From assembly GCA_015069395.1 (NCBI GenBank), contig SVIR01000005.1:4788-68787 (forward strand): a stretch of 64,000 nt of DNA, read 5' to 3'. The position numbers and the translations under genes are program-made. Below are positions 55,878-64,000 of this stretch, one piece after another. This DNA is from Clostridiales bacterium (GTDB lineage: Bacteria; Bacillota; Clostridia; Christensenellales; UBA1242). The stretch's first letter is position 1. The number at the start of each line of letters is the position of its first letter. The notes below the pieces were generated by a model. That model had not been told where the DNA came from and did not search any database. It saw only the letters and a program-made list of their open reading frames with translations.

Positions 55878-55903
55878 AAGCAGTTTAATGACTGCTTTTT
55901 TTA
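55878..55903 (+). terminator. rho-independent terminator
   Basis: Stem aagcagt(55878-55884)/actgctt(55891-55897) followed by a T-run. Confidence 0.75.
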
Positions 55904-55952
55904 TTTGCATAATTTTTTGTTTTTCTCACAACCTACAATTAGGAGGTTATAA

Positions 55953-56111
55953 ATGGAAAAACAATTTAGACCTGGCGAACAAGTTCCTGAAACAGGAAAT
56001 TATGTAGCCTACGACAAGAATGGTCAAAATGGTGGAACAACTTACCTTGAAAAAGGCAAAAGATTTCCAGCCACTCAACACGAAGGCAGTTATTACGAAA
56101 TGGAAAGATAG
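55953..56111 (+). CDS. YjzC-like small protein (52 aa), not in the ORF track
   Basis: AGGAGG 6 nt before the ATG. MEKQFRPGEQVPETGNYVAYDKNGQNGGTTYLEKGKRFPATQHEGSYYEMER matches the YjzC pattern (F.PG...P..G.Y....G......l..G..FP.t) as I recall it. Confidence 0.65.
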   Translation: MEKQFRPGEQVPETGNYVAYDKNGQNGGTTYLEKGKRFPATQHEGSYYEMER

Positions 56112-56138
56112 AAATCTTTTCAAAAAAAGAACGACTCT

Positions 56139-57002
56139 TTAGTCGTCTTTTTTTATAGTTTTTGCTTTCTCATAAAGTTCATTAAAATCATATAATTTTC
56201 CATCGTGCTTAATACCAACAAGCGTATCAACATTAGCATTATGAATACTTTTAAAAATGTGGTGTTCTACGTCTGGAATTTTCTCGCCAAGAGCTTTAAT
56301 TAGTTTTTTTACCTCCAATCTCGCAGATGGGGCAATTTCTTCATTGCTCATATTGCACAACTCTGTAAAACGACAAGCACATTGCAAAAATGTAAGGTTG
56401 TTGTAATTTTTCCAGGCTATAATATCTTGTTCTCTTACACAATAAAGTGGACGAACCAACTCCATACCTTCAAAGTTTTGCGAGCGAAGTTTAGGAACCA
56501 TTGCTTGAATTTGAGCGCCATAAAACATACCCATAACCGTGGTTTCAATCACGTCGTCAAAGTGGTGTGCCAAAGCAATCTTGTTGCACCCCCTTTTTTG
56601 AGCTTCGCTATAAAGATATCCCCTTCTCATTCTTGCACACAAATAACAAGGGGATTTTTCTATATTTACCACATTGTCAAAGATGTCAGTTTCAAAAACT
56701 TGCAAATCAATTTCAAGTTTCTTTGCATTTTCTTCAATCTGCTTGCGATTTTCTTTGTTATAACCAGGATCCATACACAAAAACATCAATTCAAAATTTA
56801 CTTCACTAAATTTTTTTAGCATTTGCATTAGTTTCGCAAGCAACATCGAATCTTTTCCACCTGACACACAAACAGCAAGCTTATCTCCCTCTTCAATTAA
56901 CGAGTATCTTTTTAGTGCCAAAATAAATTTCGACCAGATACCTTTTCGAAATTTCTTATTTATTGATTGTTCTACTTGTTGTGCATATGTAAGTTCTTTC
57001 AT
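56139..57002 (-). CDS. TtcA-family PP-loop ATPase (tRNA 2-thiocytidine synthetase-like)
   Basis: PP-loop CVSGGKDSMLL, Cys motif CYLCARMRRG, second Cys cluster LQCACRF. Confidence 0.7.
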   Translation of the reverse strand: MKELTYAQQVEQSINKKFRKGIWSKFILALKRYSLIEEGDKLAVCVSGGKDSMLLAKLMQMLKKFSEVNFELMFLCMDPGYNKENRKQIEENAKKLEIDLQVFETDIFDNVVNIEKSPCYLCARMRRGYLYSEAQKRGCNKIALAHHFDDVIETTVMGMFYGAQIQAMVPKLRSQNFEGMELVRPLYCVREQDIIAWKNYNNLTFLQCACRFTELCNMSNEEIAPSARLEVKKLIKALGEKIPDVEHHIFKSIHNANVDTLVGIKHDGKLYDFNELYEKAKTIKKDD

Positions 57003-57037
57003 ATTGATATAATACTATTTTTCAATCAAAACTGCAA
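57003..57037 (-). promoter_or_regulatory. candidate leaderless promoter of the ttcA-like gene
   Basis: TTGCAG(57037..57032), 17-nt spacer, TATTAT(57014..57009), 6 nt, then the ATG at 57002. No SD. Confidence 0.4.
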
Positions 57038-57082
57038 GTATTATAAGAAAAAAGACCTGTTAAAACAAACAAGTCCCAAAAC

Positions 57083-57190
57083 TTATAGATCGTCTGCGTC
57101 TTGCACAGGCTTTGTTCCATCAATTGGCGTACCTGTATATGCCCCCAACGGATCGTTTTTGCTTACAAATTTTGATTTTTTCTTCTTCAT
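57083..57190 (-). CDS. possible 35-aa small protein
   Basis: MKKKKSKFVSKNDPLGAYTGTPIDGTKPVQDADDL. It is followed by a hairpin (GACTTGT/ACAGGTC) plus a U-tract. No SD. Confidence 0.3.
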   Translation of the reverse strand: MKKKKSKFVSKNDPLGAYTGTPIDGTKPVQDADDL

Positions 57191-57218
57191 ACTTTTAATG
57201 TGTGCAAAATTTCAATTG

Positions 57219-58067
57219 TTATTCTTTTTCTCCGTCATTAAAGTACAAAATACCCAAAGTCTCTTCTCCACAGTGGCTTGTAATAGTTGCCCCAGCCTGT
57301 GTTTCATAAATGGTTTTAAATCCTTTTTCTTGCAAAGCTGTTTTTGCAGCAGATATCATTTCTTGTGTAGCTGTCGTATATGTCAAAAATGCTACGCTTA
57401 AGTCTGGATTGTTAAATTCTTCCAAAGCATCTTTGCAATATGTTTCAATAACCTTGCCCATATTTCCACGATACTTTTTGTGAACTCCCATTTTGCCATC
57501 TTTAAGCAAAATTTGTGGTCTAATTTGAAAGATATTTGCCCCAAAATACGAAACGGCAGAACATCTTCCTCCTTTGTAAAGATAATCCAATTTTTTAACA
57601 ACAAAACTTGCTTGAATGAAAGGAACTCTCTCTTCCAATTTTTTTGCAATTTCTTTTGGTTCTACTCCTTGATCAGCAAGTTTCCTTGCATAAATAGCCA
57701 ATAGAGCAATGCCTGTTGACAAAGATTTTGAATCAACAACATATACATTTTTAAATAGTTTTTCTGCTTCTTTCGCATGAGCACAAGCACTGCTAATTTC
57801 ACTAGATAGACAAATATGAACAACAGCATCACTCTCTTTTAATAGTTCTTGAAAATAATCTTTATATTGTTCTTCATTTATGGCTGCTGTCTTTGGCAAT
57901 ATTTTGTTTTTATCTACAAATTCAAAGATATCTTTAGGAGTAATCTCTCCATCTTTATATTCATTTTCTCCTAAAATAACCATAAAAGGAATGGTAGAAA
58001 TTTTAAATTCTGCTAAAAGTTCTTTTGGCAAATCTATTGTGCTTTCTGCACTTATCATAATTTTCAT
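57219..58067 (-). CDS. DegV-family fatty-acid-binding protein
   Basis: 282 aa. ISAESTIDLPKELLAEFKISTIPF N-terminus and overall DegV length and pattern. Confidence 0.8.
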   Translation of the reverse strand: MKIMISAESTIDLPKELLAEFKISTIPFMVILGENEYKDGEITPKDIFEFVDKNKILPKTAAINEEQYKDYFQELLKESDAVVHICLSSEISSACAHAKEAEKLFKNVYVVDSKSLSTGIALLAIYARKLADQGVEPKEIAKKLEERVPFIQASFVVKKLDYLYKGGRCSAVSYFGANIFQIRPQILLKDGKMGVHKKYRGNMGKVIETYCKDALEEFNNPDLSVAFLTYTTATQEMISAAKTALQEKGFKTIYETQAGATITSHCGEETLGILYFNDGEKE

Positions 58068-58181
58068 ATTTACCCTCCAGTTTAATATTTTATCATATAG
58101 ACAAAAAAAATCAAAATAAAATTAGTTAAAAATTTTTAAATAAAAAAAAGAAAATTCCATAAGAACTTTCTTTCGTAAGAT

Positions 58182-58820
58182 TTATTTTTCCTCGTTGTTG
58201 TTTTGTTGTTCTATTTGACTTATGTCCTCAATTGGTTCAAATAAAGGCTTTTCTTCAACCACCTCTTGTTGTTTGTTTTCAATTTTTGAAGGCTCAACTG
58301 TCACCGTTGGTGGCGTATTTACATTTTGAGCAGCTAGAGCATTTTGATATTTTCTTTCTCTTCTTTTATGCAAGCACAAATCAACAATAGCTAAGATCGC
58401 ACTAATAATGGCCGTTGCAATTAATACCAAAGCAATTATAAAGGTTTTTCCCTCGTAAGAAAACATCAAAAACATAGAAAATATTGCAAGAATAAAGTCA
58501 AAAACAATTGAAGTGATCATCAGCCCTCTCAATCTGCGAAATGTTTTATCTTTTGAGAACGACATAACAATACACATAACGCCTAAAATTATATAAATAA
58601 TTGCCGCAATTACACACACACCTAAAAACAAAATAACAAACGGCATCAAAATAATAGATGCTATTGCCCCTCCCAAATCATTGTCTCCTATCAAACTAGG
58701 AAAAATTGTCAATATGGAAAAGCACATATATGCAACTAGAACAAACAATGCAATATTTAACAAACCACTTAAAAATGTAAGAAATTTAAATTTCATTTTG
58801 TTTTCATTTTGAATACTCAT
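58182..58820 (-). CDS. hypothetical polytopic membrane protein
   Basis: ATG at 58820 after AAAGGAGA. Four or five hydrophobic helices, then an acidic Q/E-rich tail. Confidence 0.6.
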   Translation of the reverse strand: MSIQNENKMKFKFLTFLSGLLNIALFVLVAYMCFSILTIFPSLIGDNDLGGAIASIILMPFVILFLGVCVIAAIIYIILGVMCIVMSFSKDKTFRRLRGLMITSIVFDFILAIFSMFLMFSYEGKTFIIALVLIATAIISAILAIVDLCLHKRRERKYQNALAAQNVNTPPTVTVEPSKIENKQQEVVEEKPLFEPIEDISQIEQQNNNEEK

Positions 58821-58974
58821 ATTTATCTCCTTTTTATCAATATAACACAAAAACCTCTATAATACAAAATAAAATTCAAAATCTTTTTTTATTTTTTATT
58901 CCAATTAAAATTTTTAAAATTGTTTGACGAAGATTGGCGAAAATGATAAAATCTTTTCAACGGAGGATAGTTTT

Positions 58975-59952
58975 ATGAACAAAGCTCAAAAAATAACATC
59001 TATTTGTTTTGGTATTTTCTTTGCTCTTTTAGGCATCGTGCTTTTGTTTTGGTATTTTGGTGATTCTTATCCAACTTTTTATGCAAACGCAGAAAAAGAA
59101 TTTGAAGTCGCAGGATTAGAAGACGGCTTTACCCCACAAGGATTGTGTTATGAGGAAAATTCTAAAACTTTTTTGTCTAGTGGTTATATGAAAGATGGCT
59201 CTGCCTCAAGAATTTATGTAATCGATGGAGAAGAAGGAAAAACTACAAAATATTTCACTCTCAACAATGGAGAAGAAGATTATTCTGGTCATGCTGGCGG
59301 GATAGCCACAGACGGAACAAACGTTTGGATAGTTGGCGATGGATATTTGTTTAGATTTATGTTTGCTGATATTGAATTGGTTGAAAACGGAGATTCTATT
59401 GATATCATAGACGGTTTTAAAACTGGAAACGGAGCCGACTTTATAACTGTAGAAGAAAACTTCCTTTGGGTAGGAGAATTCCACAAAGATGGAAAATATG
59501 ATACCGACGAAAGCCATCATATTGAAACAGAAAACTCAACAAACAAGGCGATTCATTTCTGCTACGAAATAAACTCAGCAAATGAATATGGTATTAAATC
59601 TACTACTCCTGTTAAAGCTTTGTCTACAGGTTCTCTTGTACAAGGAATGGAAATCACAACAAACAAAATCATTCTTTCAACTTCTTACTCTTTACCAAAT
59701 TCACATATATATATTTATGAAAACATCTTTACAACTGCCGAAGAAACTTTTGACTATAATGGAACGCCAATTGACTTGTATGTTTTGGAAGAAGTGAATT
59801 TATTAGAAGACATCGAAGCTCCTTGTATGAGCGAAGAACTTGCTATTGCTGATGGAAGAGTTTATGTACTATTTGAAAGTGCTTGCAAAAAATATGGAAT
59901 GGTTACAAGAGAAGCTTTAAAACACGTTTACAGTTTGGATATTGAAATTTAA
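58975..59952 (+). CDS. hypothetical membrane-anchored extracytoplasmic protein
   Basis: ATG at 58975 after CGGAGGA. N-terminal anchor ITSICFGIFFALLGIVLLFWYF, then a beta-rich body. No family recognised. Confidence 0.6.
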   Translation: MNKAQKITSICFGIFFALLGIVLLFWYFGDSYPTFYANAEKEFEVAGLEDGFTPQGLCYEENSKTFLSSGYMKDGSASRIYVIDGEEGKTTKYFTLNNGEEDYSGHAGGIATDGTNVWIVGDGYLFRFMFADIELVENGDSIDIIDGFKTGNGADFITVEENFLWVGEFHKDGKYDTDESHHIETENSTNKAIHFCYEINSANEYGIKSTTPVKALSTGSLVQGMEITTNKIILSTSYSLPNSHIYIYENIFTTAEETFDYNGTPIDLYVLEEVNLLEDIEAPCMSEELAIADGRVYVLFESACKKYGMVTREALKHVYSLDIEI

Positions 59953-59972
59953 AAAAAAATATCAATAAAATT

Positions 59973-60002
59973 AAAAAAATCTCGGATATACCGAGATTTT
60001 TT
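59973..60002. terminator. bidirectional terminator between convergent genes
   Basis: Perfect 9-bp stem aaatctcgg(59977-59985)/ccgagattt(59991-59999) with A/T runs. Confidence 0.8.
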
Positions 60003-60021
60003 CTCTTTTTTATAGCCTCAT

Positions 60022-61356
60022 TTATTTTTCAACGATTATTTTTAAGCAGGTTGGCACATCTGCATCAACTCTCACTTTTTCACTAATCCCAACACCGGCT
60101 ATTACATAAATTTCATTTTCGTCTGCCAAAACAGGAATATAGTCTCTAAGTCTAACAGGTATTTTTTTGTCAATAAATATGGATTTGATTTTCTTTGTGC
60201 CACCACCAAACTTTTCAAAAACGTCCCCCTCTTCTCTATATCTCCATCGAGCCGTTTTAGGAACTTTTCTATAATCGAAATACAAAGCATTTTCGTCATT
60301 TATCGCATCAGATTTCACTCTTTTTACGACAACCTTTCCAAAATTTGGTGCTTCAAATTCTTCGCATTTCAAAGCTCTTGAAAGCTGTGGTTTTTCTACA
60401 TAATTGTTCTCGAAAGTCAAATAATCATATTCTTTGCTAACAACAATATCATAAGGCAATCTGATTTTTTTGCCATTTTCTAAATTCGTGGCAAGGTTTT
60501 TTATCATTTCAATATGTTTTCTTTCAATATCTTTTTTTACCCCGATCAACGCTAAAGCTTGAAATACTATTCTGCTATAAATAGCACTGCTTCCATAAAA
60601 ATAACTGCATGGCATATGGACTGTTTTGTCGTCAATACTCAAAGAATTTGTTTCAATCAAGGTTTTGATATATTCATCGTCTTCGCTTACGGCACTGGCA
60701 AAGTTGTTTATCGCCTGAATAGCATTTGGCCATTTTTCCAAAATATCTTTCATAACTACGTGTCTTAAATAGTTTCTTGTATATGAAATATCTGAGTTGC
60801 TTGAATCTTCAACATAATCAATATTGTGGAGACTAGCATAGTCCAAAATGTCTTCTTTAGAAACATTGAGCATTGGACGAATGTAATATCCATCACGAAT
60901 AGGCTCCATTCCTCTTGCACCCGAAACTCCACATCCTCTGAATATGTGCATTAAAATCGTTTCTGCCTGATCGCTTTGATGGTGCGCCAAAGCTATTCTA
61001 TCAACAATATCTTTTCTAATCAACGCATCAAAAACACCATAACGACCTTCTCTAGCTGCAGTTTCGATACTTAATCTTTTGTCTTTTGCAATCTTCGGAC
61101 TGTCTATAGTAAATTTATAAACCCTTACTCCCATTTCGCGACATTTTTGTAAAACAAACCTTGCTTCGTCATCGCTTTCTTCTCTTATTCCATGATTAAT
61201 GTGAATAGCTACAACTTCAATATCTAAAACTTGCCTATTTTCGTGCAAGAAATGAAGAAGAGTCATAGAGTCTACCCCACCACTTACTCCAACACCTATT
61301 ACTTGTCCTGCTTTAATGAGTTTATGCTTTTTGATAAAGTCTAAAATTTGATCCAT
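60022..61356 (-). CDS. tilS: tRNA(Ile)-lysidine synthase
   Basis: PP-loop VGVSGGVDSMTLLHFL. 444 aa with a C-terminal TilS substrate domain (RPGD-like REEGDVF). Confidence 0.9.
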   Translation of the reverse strand: MDQILDFIKKHKLIKAGQVIGVGVSGGVDSMTLLHFLHENRQVLDIEVVAIHINHGIREESDDEARFVLQKCREMGVRVYKFTIDSPKIAKDKRLSIETAAREGRYGVFDALIRKDIVDRIALAHHQSDQAETILMHIFRGCGVSGARGMEPIRDGYYIRPMLNVSKEDILDYASLHNIDYVEDSSNSDISYTRNYLRHVVMKDILEKWPNAIQAINNFASAVSEDDEYIKTLIETNSLSIDDKTVHMPCSYFYGSSAIYSRIVFQALALIGVKKDIERKHIEMIKNLATNLENGKKIRLPYDIVVSKEYDYLTFENNYVEKPQLSRALKCEEFEAPNFGKVVVKRVKSDAINDENALYFDYRKVPKTARWRYREEGDVFEKFGGGTKKIKSIFIDKKIPVRLRDYIPVLADENEIYVIAGVGISEKVRVDADVPTCLKIIVEK

Positions 61357-61485
61357 AGTGCACCCTCAAATATCTTAACTTTTGTTTAATTATACAAAAA
61401 AGTTTTGCAAAAAACAATATCTTTTATTAAAAAACATAATTTTTTTCAATATTTTTTTATATTTTGATCGCATTTAAACACATTT

Positions 61486-63780
61486 TTAAAAATCTAATAT
61501 TTTTATAGCAAGCACAGTCATATCGTCAACAGCATATCCGTTGTTGCAAGCAAGAGCTCTTTCAAGCAATTCGTTTGCATATTCTTGTGGGTTTTTTGTC
61601 TTTATGGATTTTAAACAATCGGACAATTCTTCGTCATTTTCAAAACTATCACTAATGCCATCGCTAATCAAAATCACCATATCTTTTGTAGCCACAACCG
61701 TTTTCGAAACCAACGGGTTTGCATCTTCAACAATTCCTATAGGCAAAGCCCCCGTCTCTATTGTTTTACATTCTTCCTCATTCAAAACATATGATTTTGG
61801 AGTAGCCATTTTTATAAAATCGACCAGTCCACTTTTTTTATCAATAATACAAATATCTAAAGCTGAAAAGATTTCTTCCTTGTGAAGATTTAAAAGTTTG
61901 TTTACTGTTGACAAAATCAAATCGTTATCAAAGCCAGCCTTATAAAAATTTTCAACCAAACCAATTGATAATTCGCTGACATTTTCTGCCTTTTCTCCAC
62001 TACCCATTCCGTCACTTATAGCCAGCATCACTTTATCTCCATCTAATCTTACAACGCTGTAGGTGTCGCCACTTAATTTTGAGCCATTTTTGGTTTTTTG
62101 TGCAACACCAAAAAGACAATCATATTTCGGAGCAGTTTTTAGATTTAGTACTGTATAATTTGGACGAGAACTCGCAAAACTTTCATAAATAGCCATTTTA
62201 CAACCACAAACTTTGCTTACAACATCAACGATACGAGGTTTGTCTGCATCTTCATTTCTTACAACCACTGATGCCATAAGAGTGTAAACATCTTTTTCAA
62301 ACACAACAACATCAATACAAATTATATTATGATATGTCAATTCGTCTAAAATCTTGTTTTCCCTGTGCGTATCAAAAGAGACATTCGTTTCAACTTCATT
62401 AGAAAGCTGTTTAACAACTTTTGAAATTCCCAAAAGTTGTTCGGCAATAATCAACTTACTCGTATCAACATCATTGACCATATTCATATATTTTTTATAC
62501 TGACCCGTCAAAGTATTAACGCTACCCAAAATCGCACCAGTTTGTTTACATCTTGAAGTCAAATATGACGGAATGTCCAAGAGTGTCGCCTTGCCTTTTT
62601 CAAAACAAATCGTTATTAGGTCGTCAAAAACCTGTTTCGTATTTTCTGCGAAAGTTCTATGGCAATGATTTCTCTCAGGACAAAAAGAACATATCTTTTC
62701 AACAATCTCTTGCTCTAAAACTTTTTTTACGTCTTCGATTGACATAGACTGCTTCAACATATTGCGATAAATTGTGTTCATATCATAAAAAACTTCAGAA
62801 AGATTTCCAAGTCTCTTGTGTAAAATCTCTCGGTTTCTATTGACAACATTTTTCATTGCAATTCGATCTTTCGATAAATTGAAAATAATAGATATTTCTT
62901 CGCACCACTTTTTTGGCAACAAAAAGAAAAGAAATGACGACAAAACAACAGGCAAAATTTGTAACAACCCAAAGTCTATATAGAGATTGAAATAATAGCC
63001 GATAAAAACTTCTATACAAACAAGGGAGATCAACATAAAAATTTTATGACGACTTTTAAAAATCAAACACGCCAAAGCCCATATCAAAAACGGGGCTACA
63101 AATATTGGATTGTTTGTAGCCAACAGAGATCCAAGACCACCAATCCCTGCAACTAAAAGAGTTAATGCAGGTGTCGAACAATATGCAAAGACCAAAATTA
63201 TAAAACTAACAAAAAGCTTGAGCAAAGAAAATTCTCCTATATTCAATCCCGTCAAGCCATCACAAAATATACCTATTAGACAAAAAAGAGAAACGGTTTC
63301 AATTGTTGTCAACTTGTTTGAAAAACCTCGGATAATTATTGCTTCAAAAACAATTATCGAAGCAAACATAAACAACACTCCCAACACAATTGAAACCAAT
63401 GCTAGAAAGATAGAATTTTTTTGAATTATATCAAAAACCAAATACCCAACCTGACTTAATATTGCATAAATTGAAAGCTCCCATTTTCGTATGTTTTTTT
63501 TGCATAGAGTATGAATTAAATAAGGAACCATTAAACAAAAGACACAAACAAGCAAGCAGATTGCCGTTTCTAATTCTGGTGAAACCAAAAGCCCTGCCCC
63601 TATGTAAGCCGGAGCCAAAAGCCATATTTTTTGATTTGCCCAAGCCAAAGAGAATAACATTCCAAAGGCAAAAGGAAAAATCAAAAAATTTACACTTGCA
63701 TTAAATAATATAAAAAATACAGCAAAAAACAACAAAAAACTTAAAAAATATTGCAAAACCTTCTTTGTTTTAATATTCAT
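61486..63780 (-). CDS. spoIIE: stage II sporulation protein E (membrane PP2C phosphatase)
   Basis: About 10 N-terminal TM helices, a central regulatory region, and a C-terminal PP2C domain (GDTYSVVRLDGDKVMLAISDGMGSGEKA, ISDGISD). Adjacent to tilS, as in Bacillus. Confidence 0.9.
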   Translation of the reverse strand: MNIKTKKVLQYFLSFLLFFAVFFILFNASVNFLIFPFAFGMLFSLAWANQKIWLLAPAYIGAGLLVSPELETAICLLVCVFCLMVPYLIHTLCKKNIRKWELSIYAILSQVGYLVFDIIQKNSIFLALVSIVLGVLFMFASIIVFEAIIIRGFSNKLTTIETVSLFCLIGIFCDGLTGLNIGEFSLLKLFVSFIILVFAYCSTPALTLLVAGIGGLGSLLATNNPIFVAPFLIWALACLIFKSRHKIFMLISLVCIEVFIGYYFNLYIDFGLLQILPVVLSSFLFFLLPKKWCEEISIIFNLSKDRIAMKNVVNRNREILHKRLGNLSEVFYDMNTIYRNMLKQSMSIEDVKKVLEQEIVEKICSFCPERNHCHRTFAENTKQVFDDLITICFEKGKATLLDIPSYLTSRCKQTGAILGSVNTLTGQYKKYMNMVNDVDTSKLIIAEQLLGISKVVKQLSNEVETNVSFDTHRENKILDELTYHNIICIDVVVFEKDVYTLMASVVVRNEDADKPRIVDVVSKVCGCKMAIYESFASSRPNYTVLNLKTAPKYDCLFGVAQKTKNGSKLSGDTYSVVRLDGDKVMLAISDGMGSGEKAENVSELSIGLVENFYKAGFDNDLILSTVNKLLNLHKEEIFSALDICIIDKKSGLVDFIKMATPKSYVLNEEECKTIETGALPIGIVEDANPLVSKTVVATKDMVILISDGISDSFENDEELSDCLKSIKTKNPQEYANELLERALACNNGYAVDDMTVLAIKILDF

Positions 63781-63882
63781 TTATTCCTCCTAAACAATAT
63801 TAAAACAACTCATACAAAAGTTCTTAAAAAAAATTTATCATATTTTTTGTTTTTTTGACTTAATTTAGCAAATCTATTTTGT

Positions 63883-64000
63883 TTAATCAAAAGCATAATA
63901 ACTAAGCAAGCCACATAAAACATTGTAGCAAAATTTATTGCGATAATCTTCTCGCATCAAAAGTTGTTCTTCTTCAGGATTTGACAAAAATCCACATTCA
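63883..64000 (-). CDS. 3' end of an unidentified gene entering from beyond the right edge
   Basis: The open minus-strand frame from the window edge reads ...ECGFLSNPEEEQLLMREDYRNKFCYNVLCGLLSYYAFD and ends at TAA (63885..63883). Only 39 codons are visible. Confidence 0.3.
   Translation of the reverse strand, partial: ECGFLSNPEEEQLLMREDYRNKFCYNVLCGLLSYYAFD

Noticed and set aside
63781-63882. Possible Spo0A-regulated spoIIE promoter (TTGCTA ... TATGAT with ~23-nt spacing and an AGTCAAA box)
   Set aside because: The hexamer and box matches are poor and the spacing is only loosely like the Bacillus spoIIE promoter. It cannot be supported from sequence alone.

Overview
AT-rich (roughly one-third G+C by eye, not computed) chromosomal window from an endospore-forming Firmicute. 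The gene content is Clostridia-like: spoIIE, spoIIR, sleB-ypeB, spoVG, veg. There are about 50 genes, mostly on the minus strand. From left to right:
- Two tandem paralogous secreted Flg_new-repeat proteins; the first is truncated by the window edge.
- An extended dcw/mur cluster: murC, alpha/beta hydrolase, murF, ddl, murE, mraY, murD, ftsW, an inserted prephenate-dehydratase-domain gene, murA, ftsQ.
- A sporulation block: spoVG, ypeB, sleB, spoIIR, a DUF3794/LysM protein, veg.
- An orphan two-gene operon, then ppdK, engB, hemolysin-III, a PlsC-like acyltransferase, glmM and a MarR-like regulator.
- tRNA-Glu(CUC), followed by a ~10 kb repeat-bounded, integrase-less island. The island carries a 2,581-aa Big_2 + BspA-type LRR lipoprotein.
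- HAD hydrolase, rpe, rsgA, rlmN, fmt, def, priA, rpoZ, then mazF with an unrecognisable upstream partner.
- acpS, recX, a short YigZ-like gene, and a Tyr T-box leader controlling a mazG-like gene plus tyrS.
- A NifU-like/GGGtGRT pair, a YjzC-like small gene, ttcA-like, degV, two hypothetical membrane/secreted proteins, tilS and spoIIE.

I saw no rRNA, CRISPR array, transposase or recombinase.

The most notable observations:
1. A duplicated tRNA-Glu 3' end brackets the giant-LRR island, with a nested second repeat pair inside it.
2. A frameshifted copy of the ftsW 3' end marks insertion of a PDT gene where murG usually sits.
3. A 5' leader conserved between the two surface-protein paralogs can be read as an SD-driven 12-codon uORF ending in an ATGA overlap, or as a leaderless sigmaA promoter. 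The same promoter geometry occurs at ttcA.
4. MurF has a polytopic membrane N-terminus.
5. The uncharacterised GGGtGRT module.

All calls rest on reading the sequence and recalling family motifs. No database search was run.
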